Source: Phyllosticta citribraziliensis (taxonomy: Eukaryota). Taken from it: 64,000 bases of DNA. Position 1 is the first letter of the stretch. Each line of letters starts with the position of its first letter. The position numbers and the translations under genes are program-made. This document shows, one piece after another, positions 62,607-64,000 of the stretch. The notes beneath the pieces were generated by a model, which ran no database searches, was not told the DNA's origin, and was given only the letters and a program-made list of their open reading frames with translations. The DNA lies in contig NW_027117347.1 of NCBI RefSeq assembly GCF_038025025.1, positions 1,426,001 through 1,490,000 on the forward strand. The letters are read 5' to 3'.

Positions 62607-63143
62607 TTCTCGGCCAGAGGACGCAACTGGCAAGAATGTTCTGCGCCGGCACGCTGCAATCGAGCGGCGACTCTGATCGATGCCGCAGAGGATGCTTTTG
62701 GCCGGGACAGTCAGGTACAGTTGCACGACGCTACTGCAGAAGCGATGATGGCGCTGATTTGTGCGTAGGGCGGCGGACAAAGAAAGCGTCGGGACGGCGG
62801 TACACCCTTGGAGCCAGTGCAACGGGCGCTATCGCGGTGTGGTCGATTCCACAGCTTTGTTCTTGACCAAGTTCCGGCGCAGATCAGATCAGGTATCTGA
62901 GAGGCTCTTTGTCGGGGTCGGGCGGGCAGGGATGGGTGGATGGATAGCGGTCGAGAGGCGAGGGGTAGGAGATTGGACGAGAGGCGACGAATGACAGCAG
63001 AGGATGGTGAGGCTGTCTGTCTGTCTTGTATGGTGTGGTGTGTGTGGGCGGACGGTGGGAGGGAAACGAATGTGGTTTGCTTTGGGGATCTGCAACGGCC
63101 AAGGGCGAAGTTGGAAGGATGGGTGGCCGGCTGGTTGGCGACG

Positions 63144-63183
63144 AGCAGAGCGGAGCAGAGCAGAGCAGAGCAGAGCAGAGCAG
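63144..63183. repeat. (GCAGA)n pentamer microsatellite
   Basis: Repeated GCAGA units. Confidence 0.85.
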
Positions 63184-63440
63184 CGTCGGTGTAGAGTGAC
63201 GAGGTGCGAGAGGGAGGGATTCGTCGCGGCAAGGAGGAGGAGGAGGTGGAGTGGAGTGGAGTGGGATGTGTGGAGGGGGGAGGAGAGATGGTAGGTGGTA
63301 GGGAGCGATAGGTGGTAGGTGGTGGAGGGGACGTTTCAGGAGGAGCTCGTCCTCGCACACGCAGATCGCTGCATACGAGGCCCAAAATTGAATCCGGCAA
63401 GCCCCCGCCCTCCGGCTCAGGCGCAGGCGTGGGCGTGGGT

Positions 63441-63508
63441 GGGCTCAGGCTCAGGCTCCGGCTCAGGCTCAGGCGCAGGCGCAGGCTCAGGCTCAGGCTC
63501 AGGCTCAG
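63441..63508. repeat. (AGGCTC)n hexamer tandem repeat
   Basis: About eleven AGGCTC/AGGCGC units. Confidence 0.85.
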
Positions 63509-64000
63509 GGGCAAGGAATGCTCCAGCGCCGCCGACTACATACATGTTCGGAATACATGTACGTTGTCTACACCATCGTCCACAGCTTCGCCATGTTGGC
63601 GTGCCTCACTTCAGCTCTACTGTAGTCGTCGGTCGAACGCAGAGTCCCTCAGTGGCGGATCCCAGCCTGAGGCACCACTACTGCACACCACTGTAGCTGC
63701 TACACTTTCTGCCCCTGTCAAGTCTCCATTCTTCCTCATCTCCCTTTGCTTCTCTCGCGCATCCGCCGTGCACCGCCTGCTGCACCTCGTGCTGCATCTT
63801 GCATCTTCCTTCCGTTCTTCCCACTATTGACTGACCATCGATGAGACACGCTTCGTCGCGCCGACAAGCTTACCTCGCGCCGACGTCTCGACTCGCCAAC
63901 CATCCCGCTGCACTTGGTTGAAACGTCGCCCTCGTCGGCCCAGCCCGCACTGCTTAGGTTGTCTGCACCAAACACGCGGCTAATGCGGCGCAACCAAAAT

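Noticed and set aside
63312..63830. ORFs with GS, RL or SL dipeptide repeats
   Set aside because: They are translations of the (AGGCTC)n microsatellite upstream of gapA, with no other gene signals.

Overview
Gene-dense, intron-containing nuclear DNA from a filamentous ascomycete (Pezizomycotina). A Dothideomycete is my inference from the short GT-AG introns with CTRAC branch points, the GC-rich codons and the microsatellite-rich spacers. I can support 19 protein-coding genes, mostly housekeeping: arginase, a type II NADH dehydrogenase, PRP3, RPA190, a PTH11-like membrane protein, RFT1, MRM2, an MIT-domain protein, CSN3, COQ9, MTF2, CMR1/WDR76, a PhiA-like secreted protein, AUR1, an Ace2/Swi5-like C2H2 factor, ubiquitin-RPS31, NSL1, a small hypothetical protein and a RasGAP. 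There is also one weak orphan candidate. I found no tRNA, rRNA, CRISPR array, intact transposon or biosynthetic cluster. The most interesting signals are regulatory. (1) A perfect donor, branch point and acceptor are packed into 22 nt inside the ACE2 coding frame, next to the NDR-kinase-site region. (2) The NADH dehydrogenase has a mitochondrial presequence and a PTS1-like C-terminus followed by a leaky UAG-CAA-UCA context. (3) The MIT protein is rich in NDR-kinase consensus sites. (4) A 55-nt near-perfect hairpin and two in-frame starts lie upstream of arginase. (5) One gene needs a GC-AG intron. All exon boundaries were read by eye and are unverified.
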